A stretch of 64,000 nucleotides of DNA from NCBI GenBank assembly GCA_016840855.1, contig JAEORO010000069.1, positions 64,001 to 128,000 on the forward strand, given 5' to 3'. A program made the position numbers and the translations under genes. The notes under the pieces are model-generated. The model ran no database searches and was not told the origin of the DNA. It saw only the letters and a list, made by a program, of their open reading frames with translations. Source of the DNA: Candidatus Thorarchaeota archaeon. Lineage in GTDB: Archaea > Asgardarchaeota > Thorarchaeia > Thorarchaeales > Thorarchaeaceae. This document shows, one piece after another, positions 48,352 to 58,234 of this stretch (positions are counted from its first letter, which is position 1; each line of letters opens with the position of its first letter).

Positions 48352-48507
48352 ATGCAATACGACTTATCTTTCATCATCATTTGGTGGATTGTTCCAATTA
48401 TAATCCTTGCAGGAAGAGCGGCTTTTGCCGGATATCGCGCGAAGAAAAAACGTGATGAACTAAAACGACTAGAAGAGAGGTCAACGCCATTTACCAGTAA
48501 ATTCTAA
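48352..48507 (+). CDS. Small single-pass membrane protein (51 aa), missed by the ORF track
   Basis: MQYDLSFIIIWWIVPIIILAGRAAFAGYRAKKKRDELKRLEERSTPFTSKF; fills the gap; TM followed by basic stretch. Confidence 0.65.
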   Translation: MQYDLSFIIIWWIVPIIILAGRAAFAGYRAKKKRDELKRLEERSTPFTSKF

Positions 48508-48518
48508 GGATTGTTATT

Positions 48519-48995
48519 TTACGCTGCTATTTCATCACTTTCATACATTGGCATTAGAATGTCTCTTGTTGGAGTTGTATTCATAACTACATCAAGTGTT
48601 TCATCATTCCTCAGAAGGATGCAACCAAGGAATTCATACTCAAACTTGTCGAGTCGGATATTAACGCCTCTTCTAGGGACTTGTGTTAAGAGAAGAATGA
48701 TAGAGAAGTTGCCTCGCGGTAGCTGGTTGAGAATGCCACGCTTCATATCGGGTTCGAGTTCGCCTTCAAGTTGCCGTGTCATTATTCCTCGTTCAATGAA
48801 GTTGTAGCGAATCCTTTCGAAATCTCCACTAGAGCTCTTCTTTGGTCTGATGAAAGAAATTGAGTATCCCAGACGCTTAAGTGAATTATAGCCAATGAGT
48901 GTCCGGAATAATGGAGGACTTAGTGTGTCAAGTTCTACCTTGCGTAGCTCTACTATGTCTCCGTTTCTTCGTACTTTCAAGTTCATAGTGTTCAC
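48519..48995 (-). CDS. Hypothetical protein
   Basis: 158-aa ORF co-oriented with ogt. Confidence 0.6.
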   Translation of the reverse strand: MNTMNLKVRRNGDIVELRKVELDTLSPPLFRTLIGYNSLKRLGYSISFIRPKKSSSGDFERIRYNFIERGIMTRQLEGELEPDMKRGILNQLPRGNFSIILLLTQVPRRGVNIRLDKFEYEFLGCILLRNDETLDVVMNTTPTRDILMPMYESDEIAA

Positions 48996-49025
48996 GCATC
49001 CAACCCGAAGGTCCCATGTTAGAAA

Positions 49026-49565
49026 TTACGGAATCCTTTGTAAAGCCTTCTGTGAAAAATCTCCGCGAATCACACCCTCGCGAGCCAATAATTCAATTTT
49101 TTTGTCGATACCGCCTGTGTAACCACCGAGACCAGTCGTTGACACAACACGATGACATGGAATAACAGGACCGAGTCTATTTATTCGCATGACGTTACCA
49201 ACAAACCTCGCTGCACCCGGTAGACCAGCTCGCTTTGCAACCTCTCCATATGATAATGTTGAACCAAACGGGATTTTCAAAACTACCCTTAGAACAGCTA
49301 CTTGTTTCCTTGTAAAACCAGTCAGGTCTAATTTGACATCACGTGTAGGTGCATTTCGTTTGCCTTCATAAATAGCAAAGATCGTTTCAAGAGTAGCTAT
49401 ATGATCTGCAGCAGCATCACGAAGCAAATTCCTTCCACCTATAGCATCAATCGCATCAGATTCGTCATCATAGGGTCGTGAACTAGTGTATAGTCCGTAG
49501 GGAGAGAAAACTCCAGCAATATATTTTCCTTCTTTCTTTAGAAGACTAAGGACTCTTTCAGCCAT
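49026..49565 (-). CDS. ogt: Methylated-DNA--protein-cysteine methyltransferase
   Basis: IPFGSTLSYGEVA, AARFVG, IPCHRVV, GGY...K..LL..EG. Confidence 0.92.
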   Translation of the reverse strand: MAERVLSLLKKEGKYIAGVFSPYGLYTSSRPYDDESDAIDAIGGRNLLRDAAADHIATLETIFAIYEGKRNAPTRDVKLDLTGFTRKQVAVLRVVLKIPFGSTLSYGEVAKRAGLPGAARFVGNVMRINRLGPVIPCHRVVSTTGLGGYTGGIDKKIELLAREGVIRGDFSQKALQRIP

Positions 49566-49581
49566 TTTCGGACCTCGGGAA

Positions 49582-50469
49582 TTAGGCATATTTGTTTAAT
49601 TTCTTTGCTACAAAAGAAAGAATTGAACTTAACTCTGGATCACTCTTTTTTGAGCCAATTGGCGCCCAACCACCATCTTCATTCTGACTCTGAACTATCA
49701 ATTCGATGCCACCACGGAGGACTTCTTTCTCTGGATCTGAGTTGGGTTTACCAACAGCTGTCAAATCAGCCATGTCAAATGTGGATTGATTCTCGACAGA
49801 TTCCTTTAGATGTTGAAGTAGTGCTGCTCGACCATCTTGATACACTTTGTTATCGGGCTTGATACCGATGGCTTCAAGTCCTTGTAGAATATTGCCAGTG
49901 GCTAGTGGATCTGATTCCTTGTGACCAATATAATCAGGCCAATGACCATCTTCATGTTGATTATATAGTAGAAAATCTCTGGCTCTTCTTAATCGCTCTT
50001 CATCATCATAATTCACAAGACATAAAGCTTCAAGCGCTTTACCTGTTAACCAAGTAATGCTTTTTGCAACAGGATACCAGTTCCTACCAATGCCACCATA
50101 CTTATCATCAATGTATGGATCCAGTTTTAGAGTTTCACTAAACCCACCATCATTTTTTTGACGTGAAACTAAAAATTTGACCATTCCATCGATTATGTCA
50201 GGCCATTTGGATTTGTATCGAGCTATAAGAGCCAGAACTTCTGCAGTTTCTTTGACCGAGCTAGGGTGTCCTAGAATAACACCGAAAGGGATTCCGCCAT
50301 CTTGATTTTGGATTCTTCTTAATTCATTCATGAGCTCTTCCAATTGATTTTCAGTCAGATCATTTCCAGCTGATGCAACACGTAACTTGTCAGCAATGTT
50401 TCCATGTTTTAATATGTAATTACGATGATCATAATGAAGCTTGATTCCCATTTTATTCAGGTTCTCCAT
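49582..50469 (-). CDS. Prenyltransferase/squalene-cyclase (QW-like) repeat protein
   Basis: QNQDGGI, QKNDGGF, QHEDGHW, QNEDGGW repeats. Confidence 0.8.
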   Translation of the reverse strand: MENLNKMGIKLHYDHRNYILKHGNIADKLRVASAGNDLTENQLEELMNELRRIQNQDGGIPFGVILGHPSSVKETAEVLALIARYKSKWPDIIDGMVKFLVSRQKNDGGFSETLKLDPYIDDKYGGIGRNWYPVAKSITWLTGKALEALCLVNYDDEERLRRARDFLLYNQHEDGHWPDYIGHKESDPLATGNILQGLEAIGIKPDNKVYQDGRAALLQHLKESVENQSTFDMADLTAVGKPNSDPEKEVLRGGIELIVQSQNEDGGWAPIGSKKSDPELSSILSFVAKKLNKYA

Positions 50470-50590
50470 TCTATGTATCTACAATCTCGGAAAAAAAACG
50501 AGATTGCAAAATTAGAGTGTTCAAATAACCAATAATGTTGAGATATGTATACTTTGAGTTTGAGGAGATATTAAGGTTACCCGAGCTGAT

Positions 50591-50860
50591 TTATTCATCC
50601 TCGGACTCGTAGAACTCCAGTATTTCCTTACGACGCTCCCGTCGCTCATCCTCTGTCATCTCATCAGATTTCCGTGCATCCTCCTCTACGACGATAATTT
50701 TCTCGCGCGGAGTATGCTTTATTCTGTGTTCCACCTTGTACTCCGGAGGTGAGCGTAATGTCTTCTCATTCCCGCATTCTCTACATTTTAATACGACAGT
50801 CTTTTTTCCTTCCTCTTTTTTCGGAAGCATAAGTGCGCCACATTTTTCACAGAATTCCAT
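50591..50860 (-). CDS. RpoM/TFS-like N-terminal zinc-ribbon protein lacking the C-terminal ribbon
   Basis: MEFCEKCGALMLP...LKCRECG, then a charged helix. Confidence 0.75.
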   Translation of the reverse strand: MEFCEKCGALMLPKKEEGKKTVVLKCRECGNEKTLRSPPEYKVEHRIKHTPREKIIVVEEDARKSDEMTEDERRERRKEILEFYESEDE

Positions 50861-51035
50861 AAGATGTCTCCCCGTCAGTGAGATTGGTTCGCGATTTCGT
50901 AGCTAAAAGTCATTTAAGTTTGACGTTTTGGATTTTTCTTACATGAGTTGTGTGAAAAGAAAGATATTCAGAAAGAAAGACTTATGACAAAGAGTCTTCG
51001 AGCCGGGTTTGGCAAACATTTGATTTAAGCTGGAG

Positions 51036-52376
51036 ATGTTGGAAATGGTACGAGTAAAGCCATTCAAAGCATATAGATTTAACAAAGCCAAAGCTGGAGA
51101 TCTATCCAGATTGGTGACCCCACCCTACGATATCATCAAAGGTGATATGGTCGATAAATTTCAGTCATTATCTAAGTACAATATGGCGTGGATCATCAAA
51201 AACAAACCTGAAGCAAAAGACACACCCACATCAAATCAGTATACTAGAGCGAGGGACCATCTAAACAAATGGATAAATGATGAAATTCTCATTCATGATG
51301 AGAAAGAGTCATTCTATGTATATGGTCAGGACTTTGAAATTGATGGCAGGAAGATGTTACGATTTGGATTCATTGGATTGATTGAGCTAGAGGAGTTTGC
51401 CACGAGTGCACCAAGAAGTGGCATATTTTCAGGAGTACTTCAGCATGAAGAAACCTTACCCAAAGACATTGAGGATAGGTTGAATCTCTGCAGAAGCGCA
51501 ATGGCTAATTTTGGGCAAATCTTCGTCATCTATCCGGATCATGAACGAGTTATCGATACAATCCTTGAGAGATATATGGAACATGAGCCAATATCAGATA
51601 TTGTGGATGGTGATCGGGTTCGTCACAGAATCTGGAGAATTGACAATGAGAGTGATACAAGAAAAATTGTTGAATTGATGGAGAGTAAGTATATCATCAT
51701 AGCCGATGGACATCATAGATACAAGACAGCTTTAGCACTAATGAAAGAACATCCAGAACTAGAATCAGCAAAGTATAGAATGCTTACTTTCGTAAACATC
51801 TCAAATCCAGGACTTGCAGTTTTACCAACACATCGGCTTGTGCAGAATCTAGAGGTATTTTCTAAAGAAAAACTCCTCGAAGAAATTAACAAGTATTTCG
51901 ATATCGAGATCTTTGGCACAACTGAGGAAATGTTTGAATTAATGAATAAAAAATTCCAAAGCGGTGATCATTCCTTTGGACTTTTCGTGAATGACGGTAA
52001 TTTCTATGTTCTGACACTTAATGATCTTTCAATAATGAATAGCCTTCTATCTGAAAAGTCTAAAGAACTTCGTAGCCTTGATGTAGCCATTCTTCATACT
52101 TTGATTCTTGACAAAATGCTAGGCATCGATAAGCACAAGCTTGAGCAAGGCACCATGAAAGGCGGTGGTTTTGTAACCTATATAAAAGGAATAGGGGATG
52201 CGGTAGAGGAATCAATAAAATCAGTCCAGAAAGATGGTCAAGCCGTCTTCTTTATGAACCCGACAAGGGTTTCTGAAGTTGAGGCTGTATCGAAGAATTT
52301 CGAGTGCATGCCTCAAAAAAGTACATTCTTCCAGCCAAAAGTTTGGACTGGATTCACAATAAACAAATTGGAGTAA
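51036..52376 (+). CDS. DUF1015-family protein (ParB/Srx-like fold)
   Basis: PPYDII, HEETL, IIADGHHRY, PTHRLV, MPQKSTFFQPK. Confidence 0.88.
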   Translation: MLEMVRVKPFKAYRFNKAKAGDLSRLVTPPYDIIKGDMVDKFQSLSKYNMAWIIKNKPEAKDTPTSNQYTRARDHLNKWINDEILIHDEKESFYVYGQDFEIDGRKMLRFGFIGLIELEEFATSAPRSGIFSGVLQHEETLPKDIEDRLNLCRSAMANFGQIFVIYPDHERVIDTILERYMEHEPISDIVDGDRVRHRIWRIDNESDTRKIVELMESKYIIIADGHHRYKTALALMKEHPELESAKYRMLTFVNISNPGLAVLPTHRLVQNLEVFSKEKLLEEINKYFDIEIFGTTEEMFELMNKKFQSGDHSFGLFVNDGNFYVLTLNDLSIMNSLLSEKSKELRSLDVAILHTLILDKMLGIDKHKLEQGTMKGGGFVTYIKGIGDAVEESIKSVQKDGQAVFFMNPTRVSEVEAVSKNFECMPQKSTFFQPKVWTGFTINKLE

Positions 52377-53471
52377 GTGGGAACAATGACAAAGAGAGTG
52401 TATAACTTCTATGCAGGACCTGCAACACTTCCTTTGCCAGTTCTTGAGAAGGCAAAAGAAGAGTTCTTGGATTTTGCAGGAACAGGCATGTCTGTAATAG
52501 AGATTTCCCATCGATCAAAAGAATGGGAGAAAGTGATGACTGATGCAACCAATCTAATAAGAGAATTAATGGGAGTCCCAAATGACTATAAGATTCTCTG
52601 GTTGAGTGGCGGAGCATCAACTCAATTCTTTATGGTCCCATTGAACTTGCAGCTTCCTGGAAAAGCGATGGAATATGTCAGCACAGGAGGCTGGTCATCA
52701 AAGGCCATTAAAGAAGCCAATATTTATGGTGAGGTCAAAATAATAGCTTCATCTGAGAAGGAGAATTTCTCATATATACCGAAGGATGTGGAATTCAGCG
52801 AAGACATTGCGTTTGGGCATATTACAAGCAACAATACACTATATGGAACCGCATGGGGATATATGCCAAAAGTACCCAAAGATGTCCCTCTAGTTTGCGA
52901 CATGTCATCAAATATTATGGATCGGTCAATTGATGTCAAAGACTACGGTGTAATCTATGCAGGAGCTCAAAAGAACCTTGGACCAGCTGGAGTCACTTTG
53001 GTAATTGTCAGAGAGGATCTACTAAATCGAGTTCCAGAGCATACTCCGACAATGCAAAAGTGGAAGATTCATGCAGAAAATGACTCTCTGTATAACACGC
53101 CTCCAGTGTTCCCAATCTACGTATGTAAACTTGCATTAGATTACATGAAAGAAATTGGCGGAGTCAAAGAAATTAACAAGAGGAATGTGAAGAAAGCCAA
53201 ACTTCTCTATGATGTGATAGACTCCTCGGATGGATTTTACAAGGGCCATGCTAGAAAGGATTCCAGGTCTCTTATGAACATAACATTCACCATGTCCTCG
53301 CCTGAGCTTGAGGATAAATGCGTTAAAGGAGGAACCGCAAGAGGATTGATTGGTCTCAAAGGGCATCGTTCAGTTGGAGGAATGCGTGCTTCAATCTATA
53401 ACGCCATGCCTTTTGAAGGAGTAAAAGAACTAGCAGAATACCTCAAAGAGTTTCAAGCTGAGAATCAATGA
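52377..53471 (+). CDS. serC: Phosphoserine aminotransferase
   Basis: NFYAGPATLP, SHRS, GGAS.QF, AGAQKNLGPAG, NTPP, GHRSVGGMRASIYNA. Confidence 0.95.
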   Translation: MGTMTKRVYNFYAGPATLPLPVLEKAKEEFLDFAGTGMSVIEISHRSKEWEKVMTDATNLIRELMGVPNDYKILWLSGGASTQFFMVPLNLQLPGKAMEYVSTGGWSSKAIKEANIYGEVKIIASSEKENFSYIPKDVEFSEDIAFGHITSNNTLYGTAWGYMPKVPKDVPLVCDMSSNIMDRSIDVKDYGVIYAGAQKNLGPAGVTLVIVREDLLNRVPEHTPTMQKWKIHAENDSLYNTPPVFPIYVCKLALDYMKEIGGVKEINKRNVKKAKLLYDVIDSSDGFYKGHARKDSRSLMNITFTMSSPELEDKCVKGGTARGLIGLKGHRSVGGMRASIYNAMPFEGVKELAEYLKEFQAENQ

Positions 53472-53476
53472 GGTGG

Positions 53477-53505
53477 ATTAGGAGAGGGCTCGATCCCTCT
53501 CCAAT
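53477..53505. terminator. Hairpin between convergent genes
   Basis: GGAGAGGG-CTCGAT-CCCTCTCC. Confidence 0.55.
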
Positions 53506-53844
53506 CTATCTTTTCTTACGTTTCCGAGAGAATTTACTGACTGCTATCTCTAGCTCTTTTGTCATCTCTGGTAAATCAGCGGGGTCCATAATTCCCTTAT
53601 AGGTTCGACGCATTAAAACTCCACTTACATTCACATCGATATTCCGCATTCCACGTCTTTCAAAGAAATTCTTCAAAGCAGTTGCAATGGGGATGAGGAC
53701 ACCTCCGGGAAGTCTACGTGAAAGGAATTCTTCACAACAATTGCAGTCTATCAAAATGAGTGTGTTATCATTATCGACAAGAACTTCAACAGGCATGTGT
53801 TTCTTGTGTCCCAAGTCAAGTGTGAATTCCCCAAGTTGCTTCAT
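53506..53844 (-). CDS. Hypothetical protein with CxCC motif
   Basis: 112-aa ORF, IDCNCCEEF. Confidence 0.7.
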   Translation of the reverse strand: MKQLGEFTLDLGHKKHMPVEVLVDNDNTLILIDCNCCEEFLSRRLPGGVLIPIATALKNFFERRGMRNIDVNVSGVLMRRTYKGIMDPADLPEMTKELEIAVSKFSRKRKKR

Positions 53845-53956
53845 CGTCGATACCTTGTGTTTGATTTGTCGTTAGTTTCGCATTTATACTATGCTCATAT
53901 AAGACCTGCTCAGGCTGCATTTGATATAGTAGCACTATAGATTTGAGTCCTTTTCA

Positions 53957-56596
53957 TCATAATTCTCTCCTCGGTTTCCTTCTGCTACAAACGATAGCCA
54001 AGATAATCAATCCCAGGACTGCGGTCAGAAGTATTGCTAACCGAAGGTAATCTGGTTCTTCAGGAGGAGGTACTGTGGATGTAGGACCACCAGTTGTTGG
54101 GCTGGTGGTAGAAGTAGTGGTAGGTCCTGTTGTTGTTGTCGTTGTTAAGTCTGTCACGGTGTAGCTATACGTTCCAGAAACCGACCAATTACCAAGAGTA
54201 TCATTTGCATAGAATCGATAGTAAACTATCGTACCATCTGGGAGTGCTGGAATTGTAGCTTCATAGTAAGATCCAAGCCATGTCATCGTGAGATTGAACC
54301 ACATAGTTCCATTGAAGTATGACAATATGACTGTATCAACACCTGAGGCGTCAGTGACTGTGACATTTACCAAGACGGATTCAGTCGATTTGGGCGTGAA
54401 AGGTGTTCGGTCATGGTTCCCTATCACGGGCCCAGAAACATCTGGACCAGGAACTAGGGAGATTAAAGCAGCCTCAACATCAAGCTTACCACCACCCCAG
54501 TCAGCATTAGGCACAGCTCCAGTATAAACATCACTTGTAGCAGTCGTTTCTAGAATAACTTGCATTTGATCGCCTACTGATGAATTTGCTTGAAGCAATA
54601 GAGCAGCAGCTCCTGCAACGTGGGGACCAGAAGCACTTGTTCCACTGAACAATCGATAACTGCCAAATTGTTTACCAAAAGGAAGAGTTCCATAGTCGTT
54701 GTACCATGAAACCCATGCAGATCCATATGCATAGTCAGAGATTATGTCATATCCTCCAGGAGCAGCTACATTTTGTTTGTTGACACCATCAATCCTTGGA
54801 CCACGGGATGAAAAGTCTGCGCGATCACCAATTATTCCTCCGCCAACTAGGTTTCGTGTTCTATAACTCGCGACACTAATCGTGCGATCAGCAGTTGAAG
54901 GCCAAGTTATTTGGTAGCTGTCAACGACATCGTTAATCCAAATACATCCACCACTCCATCCAGTTTGAATATCAGAAATGTAGGCATGAATTGTTGCAGA
55001 ATCAGGCGTCGATATATTGAGTCGATAGTATGGGACTAAAGCGGTATTTGGAAGACTTCCATACAACTTGATGGCAAGCATCCTTGTACCCCTCATAGAA
55101 ATTGATGTGAATGATTGTACATTAACACCAGGGATGATGTTTGGTTCCACAAACCAAGCCCATTCGCCAAGACCAGGATGGAGGTAGATGGTAGTCCCAT
55201 TTATCCACAGACTGAAATTACTTGTCAAGAAATCAGTGGGGTCAATTGTGAGGACTGTTATATAAACCTCATATATGTACTCAAAGAAGGTAATATTGTC
55301 TGGTTTTGGAACTGAGAAATCAATGAGATGGGGAGTATTAGGAACAGTGGTAGCCATAGCATGTTTATTTTTTCCCCCAAGATTACCACTGGGTGAAATT
55401 ACAGGAATGCCATCCGCTACTAGCTCGTCAATCATCTGTTCAACCTTAGAACTTCCATCAAGGTATTCCCATGTCCAAGAACCGACCTCAGTAAGAATGA
55501 CATCAGCACCAGTGTTATTCGCTATTGTAAGACCTTCTTCTATTGTCAACCAGGTATTTTGGTTACCTATGACACGAATCATCAGCAACTCAGCATCAGA
55601 CGCGACTCCAACATAGTCGCGATAATCAAGCTGTCCACCAAGAAGTATACCAGATACTGCGGTACCATGACCACCCCCGTATGGACTATCATCAGTGTGA
55701 GTACTAGTTGTAAGATTCGTGCCACGTTCCCACATCTGAATGCTAGGAGTGGAACTACCATCTTTTTCAAAGATGTACTTGGTCTTGGGTGTTTTTAGCA
55801 TCACTAGCTGTTCTCCAAGATCAAGGAGTCCGTTACTAGAAGTGTCATTCACAACAAAGAAGGGTTCTCCAGTGTCAGGATATGCATTTTGCGTTACATT
55901 GTCCATCCATACCCATTCTTTTCGCACGTTGAAAACCCCATTATTGTCCAAGTCAAGAAAATAGAGAGCTTCATCAGCCATGATAGTGCCATCAGAATCA
56001 ACATCAATACCATCAGTTCCATTATCTAACTGACCGTTTGAAATTTGGTCAAACCATGAATATTGACCGCCATCAGCGAACCATAGATCTGGATGCTTCC
56101 AATCAACTCCAGAATCAAGATCAGCAACGAGGATACCTTGTCCAGTGATATTTCTACTAAGATCATCCAACATTGCATTGACATTGTCCGCATTTATCTC
56201 CGGAATGGATAGGTCTCGAGGTGATTCTAGGAATTGTGCATGTGTCTGAGCAGCTATTTCAGCAACTGCACCCATGTCTATCAAAGCCTGTAGATTTTCA
56301 GACGAACCAGTCATTAGGTAATACGGACCAATGTGACTTTCACTTGCACTTCCCAAACTGAATTTCAGATTCAAAGATGTAATGATATTAAGAAAACTTG
56401 TTGAAAGATCCCGATTGAAACTTACTACAACTGGTATCCGCTCTCCATAGACTGAAGCTAATGCATCGAGATCTATTTTAATCGGCGCAATCTGGGTTGC
56501 CTTAATCTCCTCTTTCGGTAGTGAAAAGAATAGAACTGGAACACATGACAAAACAAGACATAGAAGCAAAAGCGTGCTTTTTACTTTCTTATCCAA
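53957..56596 (-). CDS. Secreted, C-terminally anchored S8 serine protease (paralog of 41422-44616)
   Basis: DLDSG, GHGTAVSG, SGNLG, SGTSASGPHVAG; Ig-like domain, Thr-rich linker, TM. Confidence 0.9.
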   Translation of the reverse strand: MDKKVKSTLLLLCLVLSCVPVLFFSLPKEEIKATQIAPIKIDLDALASVYGERIPVVVSFNRDLSTSFLNIITSLNLKFSLGSASESHIGPYYLMTGSSENLQALIDMGAVAEIAAQTHAQFLESPRDLSIPEINADNVNAMLDDLSRNITGQGILVADLDSGVDWKHPDLWFADGGQYSWFDQISNGQLDNGTDGIDVDSDGTIMADEALYFLDLDNNGVFNVRKEWVWMDNVTQNAYPDTGEPFFVVNDTSSNGLLDLGEQLVMLKTPKTKYIFEKDGSSTPSIQMWERGTNLTTSTHTDDSPYGGGHGTAVSGILLGGQLDYRDYVGVASDAELLMIRVIGNQNTWLTIEEGLTIANNTGADVILTEVGSWTWEYLDGSSKVEQMIDELVADGIPVISPSGNLGGKNKHAMATTVPNTPHLIDFSVPKPDNITFFEYIYEVYITVLTIDPTDFLTSNFSLWINGTTIYLHPGLGEWAWFVEPNIIPGVNVQSFTSISMRGTRMLAIKLYGSLPNTALVPYYRLNISTPDSATIHAYISDIQTGWSGGCIWINDVVDSYQITWPSTADRTISVASYRTRNLVGGGIIGDRADFSSRGPRIDGVNKQNVAAPGGYDIISDYAYGSAWVSWYNDYGTLPFGKQFGSYRLFSGTSASGPHVAGAAALLLQANSSVGDQMQVILETTATSDVYTGAVPNADWGGGKLDVEAALISLVPGPDVSGPVIGNHDRTPFTPKSTESVLVNVTVTDASGVDTVILSYFNGTMWFNLTMTWLGSYYEATIPALPDGTIVYYRFYANDTLGNWSVSGTYSYTVTDLTTTTTTGPTTTSTTSPTTGGPTSTVPPPEEPDYLRLAILLTAVLGLIILAIVCSRRKPRREL

Positions 56597-56716
56597 AAAC
56601 CTGTCCTCCTCGGATTTTCATTATCGATTGGAACGAGTCCGATATACCAATCTCCCTAATTAGATGCGTAATACTTGTTTTTGCCTATTAATCTTCGTAA
56701 ACGCAAAAGAGGTCAT

Positions 56717-58219
56717 TTAAAGAGGATTGATTTCATCTGAATTTGCTGTGGTTTCATCGCCTTCCTTTTCATAACTGGATTCACTAGTTGGAAGGACATT
56801 TGCATAGAAGCCGGGTTCTTCATCATCTCTGCTAATCTTTTGTCCTTCGTATAATGATGTTCCACCACTCACCAGATATGACACACATATGCAAATTACG
56901 AGTGGAATGACAAGATCAAAGGAGAGACTCATTTCAAGCATCATGATTGTTGTTGCTACAGGAGTATTAGTCGTTGCAGCAAGGACCGCGCCCATTCCTA
57001 GCACCATGAACGCAGGGACATTTGCAGGGAAGAAGATTTCACCAAATAAAGAACCTAACATAGCGCCAACAAATAGAGATGAGGCTAGAACACCTCCAGA
57101 AACCCTACCCGCAACAACAAAGGATGAAGCAAAGAGCTTTCCAAACAGGAGGATTACAATAACATGAGCTGGTTCTGGGTGCGAAGCAAGCGCATTGATT
57201 ACTTCGTATCCCATTCCAGCAATAGTTAAGGAGGGATTGACAAAGAGAGACGTAATGAAAATGACGCCACATGCAAGAAGTGATCCAAGAATTGGATCAA
57301 CCCAATCAGGAAGCTTCAATGTGAAAAAGTTCCGAGTCGCCATCAGACTCACTGCGAAAAGAATTGAGATTGCACCAGCAATAACACCGAAGAGCACCAG
57401 TAAAGGAACTGTCATCAGTGAGAAACTAAATGCAGCACTAAATGTGAATAATGGTCCTGCTCCATTACCAGTAAGAAACGGATAGAGTCCAATGAACACA
57501 ACAAAAGAACTTAGTGCTGCGATTACAGTGGGCACAAAATAACCAAGTCGTGCGTCTCGTCTATATGGAGCTTCAGTTGCAAACAAAGCTCCTCCAAGTG
57601 GTGCCATGTATATACCGGCGGTTGCTGCAGCAGACCCCATCATCAGAAAAACCCTGAGATGTGCGTCTTCACGATATCCAAGTCTTCGACCAATTGCATT
57701 CCCTACTCCTGCACCAATTAATACAGCGGGGCCCTCACGACCTACAGGATTACCGGACCCAATGGAAACTGATGTTGCTATTAGCTTTGTTATGGTTGTA
57801 CCTTTTCTGAGTGATCCTGGTTTGTGTGTTAGCTCAATTGCCTTTGATATTCCACTACCTTGAATCTCGTTCCTGCCAAAATATATGAGTACGCCAGAAA
57901 ATGTTCCACCGATGAGGGGAGCCAAGAAAATTGGTAGAATTGAGAAAGCTAGTGTTGCTGAGTCAATGAGAACTTGAAGTAGCACCATGAATAAACCGCA
58001 TGCGACACCTACAAGAATAGATGCAGGAACATACATCTGATAGAATTTAGAGAAGTGAGCAAAGTGAAATAAATCACGTAGAGGAAGTACATTCTCTACA
58101 AAGTCATCACTTTCTTCTCCGGTCAAATTAACCAATCCTATAGTTATTGCATACTTGTTTAGGAAATCTAGTATTGCGCTGTCTTCGTCAAACTTATCAC
58201 TTTCTGAGATTGATATCAC
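56717..58219 (-). CDS. CLC-family chloride channel/antiporter without CBS domains
   Basis: GSGIS, GREGP, APLGGALFATE, GGVLA, TSLY. Confidence 0.9.
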   Translation of the reverse strand: MISISESDKFDEDSAILDFLNKYAITIGLVNLTGEESDDFVENVLPLRDLFHFAHFSKFYQMYVPASILVGVACGLFMVLLQVLIDSATLAFSILPIFLAPLIGGTFSGVLIYFGRNEIQGSGISKAIELTHKPGSLRKGTTITKLIATSVSIGSGNPVGREGPAVLIGAGVGNAIGRRLGYREDAHLRVFLMMGSAAATAGIYMAPLGGALFATEAPYRRDARLGYFVPTVIAALSSFVVFIGLYPFLTGNGAGPLFTFSAAFSFSLMTVPLLVLFGVIAGAISILFAVSLMATRNFFTLKLPDWVDPILGSLLACGVIFITSLFVNPSLTIAGMGYEVINALASHPEPAHVIVILLFGKLFASSFVVAGRVSGGVLASSLFVGAMLGSLFGEIFFPANVPAFMVLGMGAVLAATTNTPVATTIMMLEMSLSFDLVIPLVICICVSYLVSGGTSLYEGQKISRDDEEPGFYANVLPTSESSYEKEGDETTANSDEINPL

Positions 58220-58234
58220 ACTGGCGACACTTCA

